From Eledone cirrhosa (lineage: Eukaryota), in assembly GCA_964016885.1 (NCBI GenBank), contig OZ024754.1, positions 18,042,001-18,106,000 of the forward strand: 64,000 nt of DNA, written 5' to 3'. Positions 13,809-31,574 of this stretch are shown one piece after another. The notes beneath the pieces are model-generated. The model saw only the letters and a program-made list of their open reading frames with translations, made no database searches and was not told the DNA's origin. How positions within the stretch are numbered: the first letter of the stretch is position 1; each line of letters begins with the position of its first letter. The position numbers and the translations under genes are program-made.

Positions 13809-14553
13809 ATAGCAGTGGAGCCCAGCGTTGCATTGGATTGAAAAAATTAAACTTCAAAAGTGTAGTAACACGTATAAATAAAAAATCAAATATGATTGTG
13901 AGTTGCGCACATGGAGCGGAGACATAGGTTGTAGTTTGTGCTCTACTTCTTTGGTGAAAAAAATAAACCAGTAACACCCGGTGTTATTGTTGCTAACCGT
14001 TGGCGGGGGATTTTTCAATAAATCCGTTCTGACTCTTTTTCACCAATTAAGCTTTTTCTGGTACAACTGATGTCTTATGAAATGCGCCCTTTATACTAAG
14101 CATCTGTGCATCACGTGCTATGCCAGTGGGGGAAAAAATCGATAAACCCGCATGGACCAAGCAGTAAACCATGCAATTGAGGTGGCTGTTTTTGAGTTGA
14201 TTTTCCACTGATGATGCAGATTTTATTGATTTGCTTTTTCTAGTCCAGAGGGTGCACTAAACAAAATGTTATGACTCCAAAATAAAGTCGAGAACATAAT
14301 GCCTGTTTGTTCCAAATTTGAAGGAAATTGGACGTAAACTGTAGAGGTTATTGACAAAAATGTTTTTTTTAGTTGGTTTTTCTCTTATAGAGGGCGCAGT
14401 AGACACAAATTTGAAAATGAGTTGATACGAAGGTGAGGAGCATAATGCAAGTTTGTGTCAAATTTGAAGAAAATTGGTTGCAAGTTGTAGAAATTATGCG
14501 GAAACAGACAGAGACAGACGCACACACAGTCTATTTTATATATATAGATAGAT
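13809..14553. mobile_element. Non-autonomous Helitron/Helentron-type (DINE-1/Lep1-like) element
   Basis: Starts TAGCAGTGGAGCCCAGCGTTGC; internal repeated CAAATTTGAAG blocks; ends ACAGACAGAGACAGAC...TTTTATATATATAGATAGAT. Confidence 0.6.
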
Positions 14554-14642
14554 AAAAATTTACATATATTTTGTGGTTAATGTTAAAAAAATATATTCTT
14601 TGAAATATATGAATAAAAAAAGAAATGACACTAAACTATATA

Positions 14643-14930
14643 CCATATATACTCAAATATAATTCCTCCTCACAATTATATGTTTGAGAAATGGGAAATA
14701 TTAACCTCAAATATAAGCTAACCCCACAATTTTATGTCTGGGAAATGGGCAATATTGACCCCGAATATAAGTTGACTCCACCATTTTATGTCTGAAAAAT
14801 AGGCCAAAATACAAACCATATTTCCGTGCAAAGAATTTCAAGTGGGTGAAAATCATCAAAATATTGACCCTGAATATAAGCTGATTCCCTTCTACCATTG
14901 ATTATTCCTCGTATAATCAAGTATATATGG
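14643..14930. mobile_element. Tc1/mariner-type MITE
   Basis: TIR CCATATATACTCAAATATA / TATAATCAAGTATATATGG; internal repeats of GAATATAAG(C/T)TGA. Confidence 0.6.
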
Positions 14931-15005
14931 TTAGTGTTGCTTACCATATATACAGATAAAAAAAATAGTATTATAAACTTATAAAACATGAAATTATGAA
15001 CTTAC

Positions 15006-15233
15006 CAGCATATCCTATTTGGATTGCCAATCGTGTAAGTTTTGATTGTAATACAGATTTTTCTTTTCTCGTGACTTTCTTGGCTTTTTCTTCTTCCTTC
15101 TTTTCCACACCTTCTATTTTGTCCTCTTTCTGGTTTTCAAGGGTCTTCTTATGGCTTCCTGCCTTATGTTCATTGGTGTTTAAGACATTATTGGAATTAC
15201 CTGTAGCAATGTTGCCAGGGACTGAATCTGAAT
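15006..15233 (-). CDS. ATP2B: PMCA exon: end of first cytosolic loop, immediately downstream of splice site A
   Basis: Translates (D)SDSVPGNIATG...KKVTRKEKSVLQSKLTRLAIQIGYAG; polypyrimidine+CAG acceptor, GTAAG donor; 228 nt, phase 1-1, joins the next exon in frame. Exact acceptor is ambiguous (tandem CAGs). Confidence 0.93.
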
Positions 15234-15410
15234 CTGAAAAAGGAAGATGAAAATAAAAGCTTTATAAACTGATAAATGACAAAAGTAATGTGAGAAACGA
15301 TGAAAGGTATCTGAAAATAACATTTTCAATTCAAACTCAGCTTTTATTTGCTTTAAATTATGCATTTTTAAAACTTAATAATTATGAAATTCAGGGTAAA
15401 TTCAATGTTT

Positions 15411-15463
<53 letters not shown>

Positions 15464-15628
15464 ATATAAGATCAAAAGATGGTTAAAGGAGTTCCATGTA
15501 TTTTATTATGCGCATTTCAAAAACAAACATCATCATGCAATAATATTTGTGTTTTCATCAGATAAAACAGGAGAACATGATATGAAGGCTAAAAAACACT
15601 TGTGGATAGTGCAGTTTTAAATCAACAT

Positions 15629-15672
<44 letters not shown>

Positions 15673-15895
15673 CATATATATATATACACACATACATATA
15701 TATACATGTATATACATATATATATACACATACATATATATACATATATATATATATACACATACATATATATATATATATACATACATATATATATATA
15801 CACACATACATATATATACATGTATATATATACACATACATATATATACATATATATATTCACATACATATATACACATACATATATATACATAT

Positions 15896-16212
15896 ATCAT
15901 CATCATCATTTTACGTCCGCTTTTCCCTGCTTGCAAGGGTGGGACGGGTCTTATTCAGCACAGCATCTCTCCACTCGTCACGGTCCCTCGTCATCTCCAC
16001 CGTGAGCTTCAATGATCTGAGGTCTGTTCTCACCACCTCTGCCCATGTTTTTCGTGGTCTACCTCTACCACGTCTTCCTTCAACTGGCAATTCCTGGCAC
16101 TTCTTCACCCATCGGTTATCCTCCATGCGCATCACATGTCCATACCACCTCAGTCTCCTCTCCCGTACACTACATTCTATCCCTCTCAGACACAGTTTCT
16201 CTCTCAACACAT
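15896..16212 (-). mobile_element. RTE LINE 3' fragment, near-identical inverted partner of 10005-10334
   Basis: Same protein tail [17 protein letters not shown]...SREKRT; (CAT)n tail on the + strand. Confidence 0.9.
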
Positions 16213-16454
16213 AAATATACATATATTCACACATACATATATATATATACACATACATATATATACATATATATATATACATATATATATACACATACAT
16301 ATATATACACATACATATATATATACACATACATATATATACATATATATATATACATACACATACATACAGATATATATATATACACATACATACATAT
16401 ATATACACACATACATACATATATATATTCACATACATATATATACATATATAT

Positions 16455-16499
<45 letters not shown>

Positions 16500-16531
16500 C
16501 ATGCATATATATACATACATACATATACATA

Positions 16532-18078
16532 CATCATCATCATCATCATCATCACCGTTTTACGTCCGTTCTTCCACGCTAGCATGGGTTAGACGGGTTG
16601 TCCTGTTGTGGGCAGTGTCTGGTCGGCTGACCATGCCTTGCTCATACAGGAACTGATCTGGCTTGATTTCTACAGCTGGATGCCCTTCCTAACACCAACC
16701 TCATTTACAGTGAGTGCTGGGTGCTTTTTCGTGGCGCCTACACGTCCACTTTACAGTGTGGGCTGGGTGCTTTTTTGCCGTGGCACCTCCACGACCACCT
16801 TGCGGTGGGGGGAGTGGGGGCATATTGTTTATATGCTTCAGCATGTACCCATGGGAGGTCGGGTACCCTGTATTACTGCGTGACGCCAGAAGTCACGGTC
16901 GTGTGTCATTGACTTTGAGAGGTGTAGTTGGGTAAGGTCAGCTTTTATCACCTCATCCCAAGTCATCTTGGGTCTCCCCACTCCGCGGTTTCCATCAACT
17001 TCTAGTGCTCTGCACCTTTTTATGCAGCTGTCATCCTTCATACGCATCACATGTCCATACCAGCGTAACCGCCTCTCCTGCACGCAGCATTTGATTCCTC
17101 TTATGCTCAGTCTCTCTCTCAATTCCTTTATGCTTTGTCGTTCACGTATATTACTGTTACACATCCATCGGAGCATGCAGGCTTCGTTTCTCTCTAATCT
17201 ACGTAAGTCTTCCACCTTCAGCGCCCAGGTCTCACTACCATGCAACATCGCTGTTCGGATACACGCATCATACAGTCTGCCTTTCATTCTGCAGCTAGCA
17301 GTGGTAGTAGTTCCCTAAACTTCTTCCATCCCGTTCTTACCCTAGTTATTGTACTTTCTGAGCACCCACCTCCGTTGCTAATTCGGTCACCTAGGTAGCA
17401 GAAGCTGTCTACTGTTTCTACAGGGCCCTCCCAGAGATTGGTGGTACTTGTTTCCTGTGGCTGTTTGCTTGCTGTTTCAGCACAGCTGCTGCATGTGAAT
17501 CCTACATTCTTAATTAAGCTTCCTGAGATCCCGCTACATCTCTTGTGTACCCATTGTTTGCATTTGGGGCAGAGAATGGAGTTCCTACCTACACCTTTCC
17601 TACATACTGAGCAAGGCCATTTCCCTGAGGGGATCTGGGTTCTGTTTTCTCGTCTACTTACAAGGACCTTAGTCTTTGTCATGTTGACTTTGAGGCCCTT
17701 TCTCTCTAGTCCCTGCTTCCAGGTTTGGAATTTATTCTCTAGTTCTACCATAGATTCAGCTATGAGTGCGAGGTCATCAGCATACAGGAGTTCCCATGGG
17801 CATCCGGTCTTAAACTCCTCCGTTATTGCCTGCAGGACTATGATGAACAGGAGAGGGCTAAGAACAGAGCCCTGGTGGACCTCAACCTGTACGCTAAATT
17901 CCTCGCTATACTCATTGCCAATCCTAACTTTGCTGACTGCTCCCCTATACATGGCTTGTACCGCTTTCACAAGCCATTCATCTACTCCTAGTTTTCTAAG
18001 AGCCCACCAGATTACTGCACGTGGAACTCTGTCAAAGGCTTTCTCAAGGTCGACAAATGCCAAGTAGAGTGGCTTACT
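16532..18078 (-). mobile_element. RTE LINE, longest copy (RT domain, PHD-like insert, C-terminus, 3' UTR)
   Basis: ORFs 17284-18063 ([31 protein letters not shown]) and 16838-17287, separated by a small deletion/frameshift. Confidence 0.95.
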
Positions 18079-18282
18079 TTATATATATACATACATATAT
18101 ATACATATATATACATACATACATATATATATATATATACATACATATATATATATTTATATACATACATATACATACATACATATATATACATATACAT
18201 ACATATATATACATACATACATGTATATATACATATACATACATATATATATACATATATATATACATATATATATACATAC

Positions 18283-18313
<31 letters not shown>

Positions 18314-18400
18314 CATATACATATATATATATACATATATATATATACATATATATATATATACATATATATTTATATATACATATATATTTATATATAC

Positions 18401-18543
<143 letters not shown>

Positions 18544-18619
18544 CATATATATATATATATATACATATATATATACACACATATATATATATATATATAT
18601 ACATACATATATACATACA

Positions 18620-19682
18620 TAGGTGTACATCAAGGTTCTGTCCTCAGCCCACTCTTGTTAATTATATTCCTCCAAGCCATAACAGAGGAGTTTAAGACTG
18701 CATGCCCATGGGAACTTGTCTATGCTGATGATCTGGTTCTTATAGCAGAATCAGTAAAGGAGCCAGAGAATAAATTCTGGCTATGGAAACAGCAGTTGGA
18801 ATCAAGAGGCCTGAGAGTGAACATAGCTAAAACAAAAGTGTTGATAAGTAGAAGAAAGGACAATACTCCGATTCCATGAGGGAAATGGCCATGTTCGATA
18901 TGTAGGAAAGGAACTGGCATAAATTCCATAAAATGTACGCAATGCAGATCTTGGGTACACAAGAGATGTAGTGGGGTAGCAGGCAAACTAACAGGTAGGG
19001 AAAACTACGTATGCAGCAGATGTACAGGGAAAGTTGGCAGTATTAATCGCAGTGATAGACGCATTTTTCCAATGCAGGTGGGTTCAATAGAAGTGGTGGA
19101 TAGCTTCCGGTACCTAGGAGATCAGATTAGCATGGGAGGGGGTGTTCCGAGGCCATAGTATCTAGAATAAGGATGGGTTGGAAGATGTTTAGGGAGCTGC
19201 TTCCTTTGTTGACAAAGGACGGTTATATGATGCCTGGGTGAGATGCACGATGCTGCATGGTAGTGAGACATGGACAGCAACTGTAGAGGATATGCGATGG
19301 CTGGAGAGAAATGAAGCAAGTATGCTCCATTGAATGTGCAATGACAATGTGCATGGACGAGTTGAAAAAGAAACTAGGTATAAGAGGGATAAGTTGTGGT
19401 GTGCAGGAGAGAAGGCTGAGATGGTATGGACATGTGATGTGAATGGAGGATGACCGCTCGGTAAAGAAGTGCCAAGAAATCCCAGTAGAAGGAAGACGCA
19501 GAAGAGGTAGACCACGTAAAACATGGGCGGAGGTGGTGAGAGCAGACCTCAGATCGCTGAAACTCACCGAGGAGATGACGAAGGACCGTGACAAGTGGAG
19601 AGACGGTGTGCTGAATAGGACCAGTCCAACCTTTGCAAGCAGGGAAAAGCGGACGTAAAATGATGATGATGATGATGATGAT
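18620..19682 (+). mobile_element. RTE LINE fragment (RT C-half to tail), multiple stops
   Basis: [20 protein letters not shown], cysteine-rich insert, [10 protein letters not shown], (ATG)n tail. Confidence 0.9.
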
Positions 19683-19929
19683 AATACATGTATATATATT
19701 TGTTTTGCAAGGTTTTTGATATGAAATTGTGTGTCGAAACAAATATTGTTATACTTGAGGAGGGTCATATTGTTGTAATAATATTGCTAGAAATAATAAC
19801 AGAACACACTCACTGTTTGGTTGGTTTTTGCTTCTGTATCTTTTATATCTCCCTAGTTAATTCATTTGGCAATCAATGTTTATCATTGACTGACCAACGG
19901 TTGAAAATACAGATATAAATATATATATA

Positions 19930-20990
19930 TAGTCTATCAAAGTTCTTTCGTTGCACATCTGCAACATCATCAGTGGTACTATTATTATGTTCCCTCCTAT
20001 TGTATTGTATTGTAATATCTACACCATTTTTATTTAATTTATTTATTTATTTATTTTTGTCTCCGTCTCTGCGTTTGCATGTGTGTATAATGTTTGGTGT
20101 GTGTTTTCGAGTGTATATTTTGGTTTTTGTATTTATCTTTGATTACTAGTGTGTGTTTATATGTTATTGTTGTTATTGTACTGGTGTATATATTTATTTA
20201 TTTATATTTCCCTTAAGTCAGTATTGTTTGTTTGGGTATTGTTGTTGTTATTCCATTCATTCTTTCTGTTTTACTTTGGTCTTTAAGCTCTATCTCAGTT
20301 GATTCTCTGATTTGCCTACCTGTAGAGTCATTTCTATGCTTGGATATTATTTTAATTTCTATGTTGTCTATATTACCATCATGTCTATGTCTAGCGTGTT
20401 CATATAGTACTGAACCGTTTTTTCGTCCTTTTAGTTCCCCCCAGTGTTAGTCTATCCTTTCACCTATGCTTCCAGCTGTCTCACCTATGTATGTTGTTGT
20501 CATGTTTCTGCAAGTACCCTCTGTACATCTTATGCTATAGACTACGTTTCTAGTTTTACAGTTTATCCGGAGGTTTACCTTACATATGATACATTTCCTA
20601 TTAGTACAGTGGGTTTTCTTAAAAGGGTAGGTTTTGCTGATCAGGGATTTTATGGTGGTTCCTGGCTTTTCTACCACCTTAATTTTTAAGTGGGTTTTTC
20701 TCAGGGCCTTTCTACACTGGTTAGCTAATTTCCCTCCAGGGGTAGCGTCCACAAACATGACACTCTGATATCTCTGGTTGTCGTACCATGAGGTGGCTTT
20801 CCCTATCTTATGTCTAGCCCTATCTAAGCTATTCCATGATTTGATCCTGTATAATGGGCAAATTCCTTTCATGTCCAGTTCTATGAGGGTCTTATACTTC
20901 TCCATGGCTCCTTCGTATACTCTGACTCTGTCTCTTTGGTTGTAGCCAGAGAACTGCATGCGGTTGATGAAGTGTTGGATGTGTCTTTTT
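19930..20990 (-). mobile_element. Penelope-like element, 3' fragment (RT C-terminus/linker + GIY-YIG endonuclease), defective
   Basis: ORF 20447-20959: FVDATPGGKLA...CKTRNVVYSIRC...YIGETAGSIGERID; reading continues past an in-frame stop (SVLYEHARHRH...RQIRE); hammerhead in the 3' region. Confidence 0.85.
19935..19978 (-). ncRNA. Type I minimal hammerhead (slightly degenerate) 3' of a Penelope-like ORF
   Basis: tacca-CTGATGA-t-gttgca gatg tgcaac-GAAA-gaac-TT-tgata; one mismatch in stem I. Confidence 0.65.
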
Positions 20991-21115
20991 AATTCTTATT
21001 AATTCTGGAAATATTACACAAATATGACTCTCCCCAAGTATAACAATATTTGTTTCGACACACGATTTCATATAAAAAACCTCGCAAAACTAATTCATCG
21101 CCGTTATATATATAT

Positions 21116-21238
<123 letters not shown>

Positions 21239-21523
21239 CATATCTCTATATATATACATATATATATACATATATATATATATATACACATATATATATA
21301 TATATATACATATATATATACATATAAATATACATATATATATACATATAAATATACATATATATATACATATCTATATACATATATATATACATATACA
21401 TATATATATACATATATATACACACATATATATACACATATACACATATATATACATATATACATATATATATACATATATACATATATATACACATATA
21501 TATACACATATATATGTATACAC

Positions 21524-21572
<49 letters not shown>

Positions 21573-21573
21573 C

Positions 21574-21612
<39 letters not shown>

Positions 21613-21783
21613 TACATACATATATATATATACATACATATATATATATAGCCATGGCCATCTCTCCCGGTGATTTTAGATGACCATTGACTCTTAAGAG
21701 CTCCTTAGCCCTTTGACAGGTTATGTTTTTAGTCCTGCAGGATGTCCAAAGTCACCCTCCTCACCATATATATACACATACGT

Positions 21784-21822
<39 letters not shown>

Positions 21823-22627
21823 CGTACACACATACATATACGTACATATATATATATATATATATATACACATACGTACACACACACATATATATATATA
21901 TACACATACGTACACACATATATAAATTTTCGTACAGCATTGACGAAGCTCTAGTATACGGCCAAGCTAGCGTATATGCATAATCGGTCTGTATCTTCAG
22001 CACTCGGATGAGGAAAGACCCCAGAGTAATAATATCACGTTCAGACAGCTTAGCAAATCAGATATAGCGGTCGGCAGTCCACCCGCATTACCAGAGCAAC
22101 GAAATTACAGGACCCAGGAAATACATACATACATATATGTACACATATATGTATATATATGTATAGTAAAGTAAAAAGCAAAAACAACAAGAGTGCAGTT
22201 ACGAACAGTGTTGGTATTAGGTTCACACTTGAGAGTGGGGGTGGGGGACGACGTTTTGGGCATAAGCCCTTCATCAGGAGGAAGGTGGGACGGAAAAGAG
22301 TTCTATGAGAGTGTGAGGGAGAGTGGTGGAAAGACATTAAAATAAAGGGAAAAAAATAAAATGAAGGAAAAAAAAATTAAAATGAAATCAAGTGGTGAAA
22401 GGGTGTGAGACGTGTAGAGGTGGTGGTGGGTGGATGGAAGGGGAGGGCAGAATGTGGTGTGTGTGTATGTCTGTAGGTGTACGTGTGTGTGTCTATGTGT
22501 GGATGTGAGTTTGAGAGTTTGGGGGAGTATGGAGTTGCATACTCGGGTATTAGGAAAACCAGTGTGTACATGGGTTGGGGGTGAGGGAGCGTGCGGAACC
22601 AGAGTGGGTGTATGTGAGGATACGCAC

Positions 22628-22674
<47 letters not shown>

Positions 22675-22789
22675 CATATATATATATACACACATATATA
22701 TATATATACATATATACATATACACAAATACACATATATATATATATATATATACATATACACACATATATATATAGACACACATATGA

Positions 22790-26640
<3,851 letters not shown>

Positions 26641-26699
26641 GTGTGTGTGTATATATATTTATGTATGCATGTGCATGTGTATGTATGTATGTATGTATA

Positions 26700-27308
26700 T
26701 GTCAGGTTACAAGTTGGTGCTACTGGTAACATGTATCCCAGTACAACCTGTCTCATGGTCGGGTCGTTGGCAACTAAACTGGCAACCTCACCAAGGTTTC
26801 TTGGTGAGGAGGGTGACTTTGGATATCCTGCAGGACTAAAAACAAAACCTGTCAAAGGGCAAAAGAGCTCTTAAGAGTCAATGGCCATCCAAAATCACAG
26901 GGAGAGATGACCCCTTAGCGTTTGTCAAGGCAGAATTCTAGAAGGAAAACTCTGATATAACACCTGCAACCCTGATGGTATCCAATGATGTTGACTTGTT
27001 CTTCTTTTTGGTAAATATCATCTTGGTTAAGAGAGTGGGACTGGCTTTGTGCAGTGCCTTTGCTCACTATAAAAGCTTCACGGCACAGGCATTGCTTTAT
27101 ATCTCGAGATCTCTCTGCACTTGTCGTCACATGGTACCATGGGCCCAGCACTATGTGTCAGTAATTGTCACAAGTGTAGTGTTTGTACCAGAGTTTTCAA
27201 GTCGCTGGCTGGACTAAAAAGTCACACTCGTTCAGCGCATCGGTAGGGGTTCTCCTACATGGATATAAAGTAGTGGCCGTACTCGAAAACGAGTTGGTAG
27301 CCACCATA
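26700..27308 (+). mobile_element. ~610-bp non-autonomous non-LTR element (probably an internally deleted RTE derivative), copy 1
   Basis: Near-identical to 34769-35380 with the same ends; 3' part encodes a C2H2 remnant HKCSVCTRVFKSLAGLKSHTRSAH*; a fragment also lies at 21649-21767 (-). Confidence 0.7.
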
Positions 27309-27319
27309 TATATATATAT

Positions 27320-27466
27320 TCATGTATGTATTTCTTATTTCTATATATGTGTATACACAGATGTGTATAATTATATATGCATTTCTATATATATTTTTTT
27401 CCAACCAATTTATTTTTATATTATAGATGTGTGTGTAATATATGTATGTGCATGTATGTGTGTCTG

Positions 27467-27546
<80 letters not shown>

Positions 27547-28530
27547 TTATTTTCTTTACATGTCATAATTTTCCCACAAAATTAAGTGTATTTTCCTACC
27601 TATTTATATATATTTGCGTGGTTATTCGCTATTATTTACATATTTATTTTTGGATTCAACACTTACATATTAGTTTCTGTGTGTATGTATATATATATAT
27701 ATGTGTGTGTGTATGTCTATGTATGTGTATACATGTGTCCGTTTACATGTCTTTATGAAATTGTATGTATTTTTGTACGCCAGTGCCGTTACGTACGAGT
27801 TGTGTGCGTGTGTGTGTTTATTTTTTTATATCTTAATATTTTTTGTTTTTTATTTCTTTGGCTGTCTGGTCAGATGGATACATATATTAAGTCAATAACC
27901 CGGCTTTGAAATGTGCCTATGTTTGTATCTATGTATGCTCGCGCATATATATATATATGTATGTATATATATATATATAATAAGGGTTGACGGACCCAGC
28001 ATATTTATCAATGCCAGTACCGGTTGTATCTCAGCGCGCTCAATGGGCAATGTAAGATACATTACCAGAGTATACACAAAGTTATTTGCCTCAACACAAC
28101 ACACGTAAAACGGGTGCATATAAGGTTCCCGGCCTCGAGTTTCTGCCGCACTAATGCAGCAGTAAGGTGCACTGCACCATCTGTCTGCATATATTATGCA
28201 TATATATATATATATATGTATTTATTTGTACCCCCTAACATATATTATGCATATACATACATGTATTTATTTGTACCCCTCTAACATTACGTTCTGCATG
28301 AGAGTGTATATTTTTCCTGTTATTTTATTTTATTTTATTTTATATTTTTTATCATTTTTAATTTTATTTTATTTCAGCCTCGCTTTCAATTGTAATAGCC
28401 TTTGTTTTTAATTTCATATCTTATATCCATATTAAATTTTCATTCTGATGAATGATTTCAGACATCTCTGTTGAACTCGCCTGTCTTCATGAAACCTTTG
28501 GTAAATGGAATAATTGTATTGTGTTGTTTA
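27320..28530 (+). repeat. Inverted copy (pseudo-LTR-like) of 22855-23780
   Basis: Reverse complement of the Penelope 3' region (near-identical MYFPTYLYIFAWLF pseudo-ORFs at 23166- and 27586+); carries an extra ~210-bp insert at about 27980-28190. Confidence 0.85.
28441..28507 (+). ncRNA. Type I hammerhead ribozyme
   Basis: catt-CTGATGA-atga...tcat-GAAA-cc ttt gg-TA-aatg; GUA triplet; inner agaca/tgtct extension of stem II. Confidence 0.8.
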
Positions 28531-28907
28531 CATATATATGTATATATAAGTATGTAAACAGCGCAATGTTACATACTTATATAAACACACACACATACAT
28601 ATATGTATATAGAAGTATGTAAACAGCACAATGTTACACACTTATATATACATATATATATACACACACACACACATATATATATATATACATATACTTA
28701 CATATATACATATACATATATATATACACACATATATATATATACATATATATACACATACATATATATATACATATATATACACATACATATAAATACA
28801 CATACATAAAAATGTATATATATATACATACACATATATACATATACATATATACACACACATATATACATATACATATACATACACACATATATACATA
28901 CATACAT

Positions 28908-28940
<33 letters not shown>

Positions 28941-31574
28941 CACATCAACAAATTGTCAAATCGAAATCATGTTTCCATTGGTCTTTCAAATTGCTAATAC
29001 TCTCTATCAGTCATAACTCCTGGTAATACTCTCTATCAGTCATAACTCCTGGTAATACTCTCTATTGCCCGGTCCGGGAATCGAACTCACAACCACATGC
29101 TTTCATAATATATATAGTTATATATATAGTTATATATATACATACACTGTTTATATATACATAAACTGTTATATATATACACACACACATATATATATAC
29201 ATAAACTGTTATATATATATATATATATAAAACAGTTTACAGCCATGTGAAGAAAATGAAGTGTAAATACTTTTAACTATTCCTCTGTACACAGAAAAAA
29301 AATGCCTTTTCTGTGTAAAGTGGGAGTGGTCAAAAGTGTTAACTGTAGCTGTGTCTACATTAAATTCACCTTCAATCTCATAATTTATGCTTTTTCTAGC
29401 ATAAATCTACATCACTTACTTAATTGTGTCTCACTTTACATTCTAGTTGAATAAAAACAATATATTTTCTATGAATTAAAATACAGAATATTTGAAAAGA
29501 AATGAAGAAGCTGAATTTTTACGTTAATCAGTCAGAATATTCAATGTTTAAATTTCTATAGATAATATCATCTAAACAATTAAAATAATTAAAATTCGTC
29601 ATTGTTCATTAATAATGACTAAAGATGTAATTGTGAGATATTTTAACATAATATTTTAACTGTAATGAAAGTCATAACAATTATGGGAAAAGTCAATTAA
29701 TCCAGTTTGCCTAAAAAAAAAAAAATCAAATAATTCAGACAAACTATATACTCATAGACACACCAAAAAGCCCAAATTATTATTGGGCCTGGAAAGATCA
29801 ACATTGGTAGAAAATTATTTTCTTTTTCTAAAACATAAAATCTCCAATTGGTACAAAAGGTTTGTTGTATTAATAAAATATAGTTGAAAATCAAATTACA
29901 CCATTTTGAAATATTTTCTTTTAGATTGACAGAATCAATAGAGCATTAGACAATATGCTTTGTGGCAACTTTATGTTCAAATCCTGCTGAGTTTAGCTTT
30001 GCCTTTCATTCTTACGGGGGTCGAATTAATCAACTTTCCCCTCCCCTATTATTCGATATAGACATAAATATTTTCAACATGCCCTTTTCTTCAAGAATTT
30101 ACTTTAAAAAATCATGGAAACTATAAACTATTGGCTGACCAGTTGACAGCTGCTGGACAACACTTTTTGTAGTAGAATATGATCAAGTAAAAATTCATGA
30201 GTTAGAATCAGAGAATATAAACAAAGGCTTGTTTCTGGAATATTTTAGAGCTACAGCCATATCTCACCAGAGTTGTATGCCTTTGGTTATCATATAGATA
30301 CACTTTTATATCAAAATACAGTGGCTCTGATTCTATGAAATAAAATAACCCATTTTAAAGGGTTTCTATTTAAATTTAAATATTTTAACATCATTTTATA
30401 TTAAGTTACTATCTTAGTAATGAAATAATAATTTTAGTAAATCCCTCAAAATTCTTTAATTAATTAAAATAAGAGTGTATTTCATTAGAAATGTGGTCAT
30501 GAAAAGGTTAAACTGTAAAGAAAAAAAAAAAAAAGGTTCAGTAATTGGTGATGAAAATGAAAATAAAATTGAATGAAACCAAAAACCTTTTGCAGCAACT
30601 TTGACAATTTCAAAAACATGACAAACTGTTTGGCATAAATCTATACAATACATTTCTTAAGCTGAGTAAATAGACTTCAGTCAGTTTCTGTAAGTGTTCC
30701 AGTTGTTCAAGGCCTGCTCATGAAATTAATGTGCAAGTGGCTGAGCATTTCACAAACACAAGCACCTTTAACTGTATAGCATTTAAAACGGCCATATCCT
30801 GCCAGAATTCTCTCACCTCTTTCTGTTCAAACTGGCTGTAACCAGCCGCTCATATTGATGTTATGGTATTGTTCTCAAAATAAATATCAAAATCTCATAG
30901 ATTCAATATTATGTGAGATAAAGCCTTTATTGTGAAAATATAATAGTAAATATAGAGTAATGTAAATGCTAAAGGAAAGGGTTAATATAATTTTCAGGGA
31001 GATCCAAGATAACAATGACACAACATCTGGTGGTCATTCAAACAGTTTCTGTCTATCCAGTTGACCATCACCTTTAGCTATGGCAAATGACACTTGGCTA
31101 AAATGCCATGCAGTGGGACTGAACCATTGAACTGAGGACCTTATAACTGTGAAGCAAACTTCTTAACCATTCAACTATGTGAGCTGAGTAATTAATTATA
31201 TAAGAAACAACACAGTCATTAGCTTGATCAAGGCTTTGGCATCAGTTTTTTATGACTTTTTAAAGAGATTATGATCGAGATACAATAACTTTTTAACTGT
31301 ATCTTCAAAGATTAATAATTAAAACATTCTGTTGTTTGTGGATAAGAATTTTATACAAGCGCATATGTTTATTTAATAGCTCAAAATCAACAGAAGAAGA
31401 AGATATGATCAGTTTTAGATCCTATTAAACTTCTTCACAGATTTAATGACTTTTGCAGTAGACTTTAAATTATTCAGCAATAACAATCTGTGATGACTTC
31501 CGTGTGGAGGAGGTGCAGGTGAAAGAGGAAGAGGTGTAAATGAAATAAGACATACAAATATAATCTGTGTATAT

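Noticed and set aside
29697-30540. Strong minus-strand acceptors at about 29721 and 30513 as extra PMCA exons
   Set aside because: No nearby donor and no PMCA-like coding sequence (29721 hits an early stop in phase 1); explained by poly(T) runs.
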